The position numbers and the translations under genes were made by a program. 20,000 bases of DNA, from IMG/VR virus record IMGVR_UViG_3300024319_000010; one strand, 5' to 3'. The notes under the pieces were generated by a model. The model was not told the origin of the DNA, did no database searches, and was given only the letters and a program-made list of their open reading frames with translations. Below, piece by piece: positions 16,614 to 20,000 of the stretch. This DNA is from an uncultured virus (IMG/VR IMGVR_UViG_3300024319_000010) (taxonomy: Duplodnaviria > Heunggongvirae > Uroviricota > Caudoviricetes > Crassvirales). Position 1 is the first letter of the stretch; each line of letters opens with the position of its first letter.

Positions 16614-16739
16614 ATGGACCCAGTAGATTACGGAAACCCCGCATATGATAACGACGAATACGAATGCACGCACTGTGAAAAACCTATGTCAAGACCAGGT
16701 TATTGTAGCAATGCATGTTTCGATGCAGATATGTTATAA
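16614..16739 (+). CDS. Small C4 zinc-finger protein, 41 aa (not in ORF track)
   Basis: Hand translation MDPVDYGNPAYDNDEYECTHCEKPMSRPGYCSNACFDADML; CxxC...YCSxxC; starts 1 nt after the previous stop. Confidence 0.75.
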   Translation: MDPVDYGNPAYDNDEYECTHCEKPMSRPGYCSNACFDADML

Positions 16740-16753
16740 AACATTTAAAAGAA

Positions 16754-16768
16754 TCTTGTATATTGCAT
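16754..16768 (+). promoter_or_regulatory. Putative Bacteroidota-type -7 promoter box
   Basis: TCTTG-TATATTGC-A (16759-16766) resembles TAnnTTTG, is intergenic and lies about 35 nt upstream of ATG 16801. Confidence 0.45.
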
Positions 16769-16800
16769 ACAGTAATTACAGTTAAAAAGAAAACAATAAT

Positions 16801-17706
16801 ATGGATTATTATCAAAGTACAAAAATCAGTAATTCTTCTTTAAGTTATATAAATCCGGAACAAGGAGGATCACCAAGAAAGTTTAAAGATTATATAGATG
16901 GAAATTCTAATAATATTAGCAGTCCCTCTCTATATGCCGGTACAACTATACACCAATATTTTTTAGAACCAGAGACTTTTATAGTATCTGATGTAGATAG
17001 ACCTAGTGATACTATTGTGAAAATAATAGACAAGGTTTATCAAGTTACTAGAGGCGAACTAGATACCGATATTAACTCACATCAGGATTACATTTTAGGA
17101 TCTGCTAAAGAATTTGCGTATGGTCAATCATGGAAACCCGAAACATTGCTTAAAAAAATCATCGATCAAGGTAAAGAGTATTATAACTTTTTACATAGAG
17201 CGGATGGCAAGACTTGTATAGACCAAAAAATGGCAGCTATGTTAGCTAACATAAAAGAGTCTGTTAACAATAATGCAGGCGTTAAAAAACTGTTGTTTGA
17301 CACACCAGGAGTTAACGAAGAGGATGTATATTGGGGTCCAGATGAAATATATAAATCTAAAATAGATAGATATACTTCTAATGCTCTCATAGATTTAAAA
17401 ACAACATCAAAACCACTAGCCTCCTTTAGAAGCTCTTTTGATTTCTATCACTACGATAGACAGCTAGCATTTTATAAAGATGCTTTAGAGTGGATAGGAA
17501 AGCCTGTAGAGCGATGTTATATTATAGCTATAGAGACAACCGGTTATAACCAAGTGCGAATCTTCGAAGTTGGTGAGAAATTGATTGAACAAGGTAGAGA
17601 AAAATATAAAAATCTACTTAACAGAATAAAGTATCATCAACAAACACAACAGTGGATAGAACCACAAGAAGTGTATGAAAACAATGGTATAACTTTATTT
17701 AACTAA
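16801..17706 (+). CDS. PD-(D/E)XK exonuclease (RecE/exonuclease VIII, DUF3799-like), 301 aa
   Basis: ISNSSL, GTTIH...LEP, E, KSKID, LIDLKTT, YHYDRQLAFY. Confidence 0.88.
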   Translation: MDYYQSTKISNSSLSYINPEQGGSPRKFKDYIDGNSNNISSPSLYAGTTIHQYFLEPETFIVSDVDRPSDTIVKIIDKVYQVTRGELDTDINSHQDYILGSAKEFAYGQSWKPETLLKKIIDQGKEYYNFLHRADGKTCIDQKMAAMLANIKESVNNNAGVKKLLFDTPGVNEEDVYWGPDEIYKSKIDRYTSNALIDLKTTSKPLASFRSSFDFYHYDRQLAFYKDALEWIGKPVERCYIIAIETTGYNQVRIFEVGEKLIEQGREKYKNLLNRIKYHQQTQQWIEPQEVYENNGITLFN

Positions 17707-17710
17707 ATCA

Positions 17711-17962
17711 ATGATCAGTAGACAAGAAAAAAGCAAAGGTAGAAAAGAAGCACACGAAGCTTTAGAAAGAGCAAAAGCTCTAGTAAAAGAAAGACAAAAA
17801 AATAAAGATACAGCTGGTCCTTTTTACAAGGACGGTTGTATGATTTATTGTAGTAAAGAACGTGAGGCTGAAGTAAGAGAAAAGTTTAACATAGGTAATG
17901 ATGAGCCTATTCAAAGGCTACATCCTATTAAGAAATATTCAAAACCAGATGGAAAAAATTAA
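17711..17962 (+). CDS. Basic hypothetical protein, 83 aa
   Basis: ORF track; starts 4 nt after the exonuclease stop. Confidence 0.65.
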   Translation: MISRQEKSKGRKEAHEALERAKALVKERQKNKDTAGPFYKDGCMIYCSKEREAEVREKFNIGNDEPIQRLHPIKKYSKPDGKN

Positions 17963-18098
17963 AACAATAATGAAGCAAATTGCTTTTTTAAAACGAGTAA
18001 CTAGCGCAGATACAAAACGTAGTATTCAAAAACTACAACAAAAATTAGATGTTTTAATAAAAAATAAAAATGCAAGAGATACAGATAAATCCGCTTAG
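17949..18098 (+). CDS. Small basic helical protein, about 49 aa
   Basis: In-frame ATG at 17949 (MEKIKTIMKQ...) within track ORF 17898..18098; fills the gap between neighbours. Confidence 0.55.
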   Translation: MEKIKTIMKQIAFLKRVTSADTKRSIQKLQQKLDVLIKNKNARDTDKSA

Positions 18099-18555
18099 AC
18101 CTGAGATAGGTCATATTAGCTTAGAAGAAATAGAAAATGTAGTACGGGAGATAGGACTTATAGACATACGTATTGTTTCAAGAAAAAGAAATTATGTATT
18201 ACACAGAGGCATCTTTTTTATGATAGCAGTAGCATATACAAAGTACTCCTTATCACACATTGGTGACTTTTTAGAAAAGGATCATGCAACAGTAATACAT
18301 GCAAACAAAACAACTCCTTGGACACTAGGTCAAGATAGAGATGCAAAAAACATGTTTAATGCTATCCATACTAGAATAAAGCATAAAATTCATCTAAGAC
18401 TAAAAGAACATGAGTTTGTTAGAGACAATAGAATAGAAACTCCAACAGACTATACGAATGTATACGACCGTGTTGATCTACTTTTAATAGAAATAGAACA
18501 ATTAAAAACACAATTAGCAAAAGATATAACAGTAACATATGATACAGCAGAATGA
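18070..18555 (+). CDS. Stand-alone DnaA C-terminal (domain IV) HTH protein, 161 aa
   Basis: SRKRNYVLHR.IF.....YTKYSLSHIGDFLEKDHATVIHA matches the DnaA signature SLxxIGxxF..RDHTTVxHA; no AAA+ domain. Confidence 0.8.
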   Translation: MQEIQINPLRPEIGHISLEEIENVVREIGLIDIRIVSRKRNYVLHRGIFFMIAVAYTKYSLSHIGDFLEKDHATVIHANKTTPWTLGQDRDAKNMFNAIHTRIKHKIHLRLKEHEFVRDNRIETPTDYTNVYDRVDLLLIEIEQLKTQLAKDITVTYDTAE

Positions 18556-19639
18556 TATATTAGAAATAGTAGATAAATTTAATAACAAACTTCTTATAAA
18601 TAAGACTAGTCCATACACAATAAAGTTACACCAGAGTAACGAAAACAGACTCAGGGACTTAGGATTTTTAGTGCAAGTAACTCCTGAAAAGGTAGTATAC
18701 AAAAAGCATGAAAGAGAAGCAGACATTTATAGAAAAACAAAAGCTTGGAGTGTTCATGCAAGAATTCTTGACTTTGCAAATGAGATAGAATATGAAACTT
18801 CTGATGCGGTGTACAAGATTAGTACACAAGAGGCAAGAATAAAATGTGGAAAGATGGTATACAAGAATGCAAGCTATACCCAAAAGATCTATATCCCAAT
18901 AAAGTATTGGACTGTAGAATATAAAAATCCAGCTAACCAAAAATTATATGAGTATTTAGGGTATGAATGGTATAGTGAACTTAGAGATCTTTTTGATAAA
19001 GACTATATGAAAAGTATAGGTCAATCAGTTAGTAAACTAAGAGCTACTAATATTGTATATCCTGCAAAAGATGAGGTGTTTAATGCTTTTAAGTATTGCA
19101 GCTTCTTAGATACTAATGTAGTTATTATAGGACAAGACCCGTACCATGACGGCAGTGCTCACGGTTTGGCTTTTTCAGTACGAGAAGGTCAGACTAAAGT
19201 ACCTCCTAGTTTACGTAACATACTTAAAGAAGTTCAGGATGATTACTATTCCGGTAACTTTGCTTTTAAAAGCGCGCATAGTCCAACACTAACACGTTGG
19301 GCGTCGCAAGGAGTATTAATGATAAACAAAACTTTAACAGTTAATAAGAGTCAAGCTAACTCTCATTCTAATCTAGGATGGAATAAGTTTACTCAGGAAG
19401 TTATAGACAAGCTTATAGCTTCTAAAACAGCCTCAAAAAAACCACTTGTATTTGTATTGTGGGGTAAAGAGTCACAGAAATTAGCACCAGAAGAGTCTGA
19501 ATACATTAAAGTAATCAAAGCTCCTCACCCTGCAGCAGAAGTATATGCTGGAGGTAAAGCAGGTTTCTTTGGATCTAAGCCTTTTACAAAATGCAACGAA
19601 TTCTTAGAAGAGTTTAAACTTCAAGGAATTATATGGTAA
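18539..19639 (+). CDS. ung: Family 1 uracil-DNA glycosylase with a ~135-aa N-terminal extension
   Basis: VVIIGQDPYH, AHGLAFSV, PPSLRNI, WASQGVLMIN, SH..LGW, VFVLWG, PHPAA. Confidence 0.93.
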   Translation: MIQQNDILEIVDKFNNKLLINKTSPYTIKLHQSNENRLRDLGFLVQVTPEKVVYKKHEREADIYRKTKAWSVHARILDFANEIEYETSDAVYKISTQEARIKCGKMVYKNASYTQKIYIPIKYWTVEYKNPANQKLYEYLGYEWYSELRDLFDKDYMKSIGQSVSKLRATNIVYPAKDEVFNAFKYCSFLDTNVVIIGQDPYHDGSAHGLAFSVREGQTKVPPSLRNILKEVQDDYYSGNFAFKSAHSPTLTRWASQGVLMINKTLTVNKSQANSHSNLGWNKFTQEVIDKLIASKTASKKPLVFVLWGKESQKLAPEESEYIKVIKAPHPAAEVYAGGKAGFFGSKPFTKCNEFLEEFKLQGIIW

Positions 19640-19643
19640 AGAT

Positions 19644-19670
19644 AAGCCTCGCTATATGCGGGGCTTTTTT
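19644..19670. terminator. Intrinsic terminator between convergent genes
   Basis: AAGCCTCGC-TATAT-GCGGGGCTT then TTTT; lies between the + strand stop at 19639 and the - strand stop at 19676. Confidence 0.85.
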
Positions 19671-19675
19671 CTTTC

Positions 19676-20000
19676 TTAGTTAGTCAACTTAGTAAAGTTT
19701 CTCCAAGCTGTTTCAGGATCAAATTGTACCCCTCCACTATAACCTAAACTTTGTAACGCTCTTACTTTAAGTTTACTTTCTCCTTTTTTCCACACACCGC
19801 TGTCTCTTTTATATTCAGCAAACGGATCAGTTAACTGCGCAATAAGCTTTTCAGCACGCAATATAGAATTAGTCATTGCTGTAGGTGATCTTAAAATTCT
19901 AAGTAAATCAGATATAGCTCCCGGTGTTGGTGCAAATGCATTAATCTCTCCTTTTAGTGTAGTCATTAAATACAATAAATAATAAGCACTTGTTGGTATT
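19676..20000 (-). CDS. C-terminal fragment of a larger protein (5' end outside the window), possibly a large virion/ejection protein
   Basis: The frame stays open upstream of the track's TTG start to the window edge (IPTSAYYLLYLMTTLKGEINAF...). Function is a guess from the convergent layout. Confidence 0.6.
   Translation of the reverse strand, partial: IPTSAYYLLYLMTTLKGEINAFAPTPGAISDLLRILRSPTAMTNSILRAEKLIAQLTDPFAEYKRDSGVWKKGESKLKVRALQSLGYSGGVQFDPETAWRNFTKLTN

Noticed and set aside
3031..18940. Short minus-strand ORFs in the track (3031, 3725, 7172, 8368, 9913, 10841, 11261, 11624, 11881, 13352, 14812, 15015, 17181, 18514, 18668)
   Set aside because: All lie antisense to well-supported + strand genes and show no recognisable motifs; treated as shadow ORFs.
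1..20000. Stop-codon reassignment (TAG or TGA), known in some crAss-like phages
   Set aside because: Genes are full length in the standard code. TAG ends genes at 2372, 6799, 8974 and 14414, and TGA at 228, 1055 and 5567, mostly with the next start adjacent or overlapping.
1..20000. CRISPR array, tRNA/rRNA, integrase, transposase, reverse transcriptase or DGR repeats
   Set aside because: None seen by eye; intergenic gaps are all short and no long direct repeats or matching motifs were found. A self-dotplot and tRNAscan would confirm.

Overview
AT-rich bacteriophage DNA, not cellular chromosome. About 30 tightly packed + strand genes form an early/replication/recombination/repair arm. It ends at a hairpin terminator (~19644-19670) facing the C-terminal end of a convergent gene that runs off the window. 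Recognisable genes in order: a small-ORF cluster (including an unannotated 38-aa lipoprotein), a candidate SSB, family A DNA polymerase without the 5'-3' nuclease, DUF932-like protein, SF2 helicase, DnaB-type helicase, AAA_24/Sak4-like ATPase, SSB-like protein, DnaG-type primase, RusA-like resolvase, NinB-like protein, rIIA/rIIB, Fis-type HTH, spore photoproduct lyase-like radical SAM enzyme, PD-(D/E)XK exonuclease, stand-alone DnaA domain IV protein and an N-terminally extended uracil-DNA glycosylase. Gene content, A-rich leaders without obvious Shine-Dalgarno sequences and TAnnTT(T/G)-like promoter boxes suggest a Bacteroidota-infecting, crAss-like or related phage (inference). The most unusual block is 15537-16739: a branched RNA structure, an HTH gene, an SPL-like enzyme with a non-canonical CX3CX4C motif and a 41-aa zinc finger. 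All family calls come from motif recognition by eye; no database searches were run.
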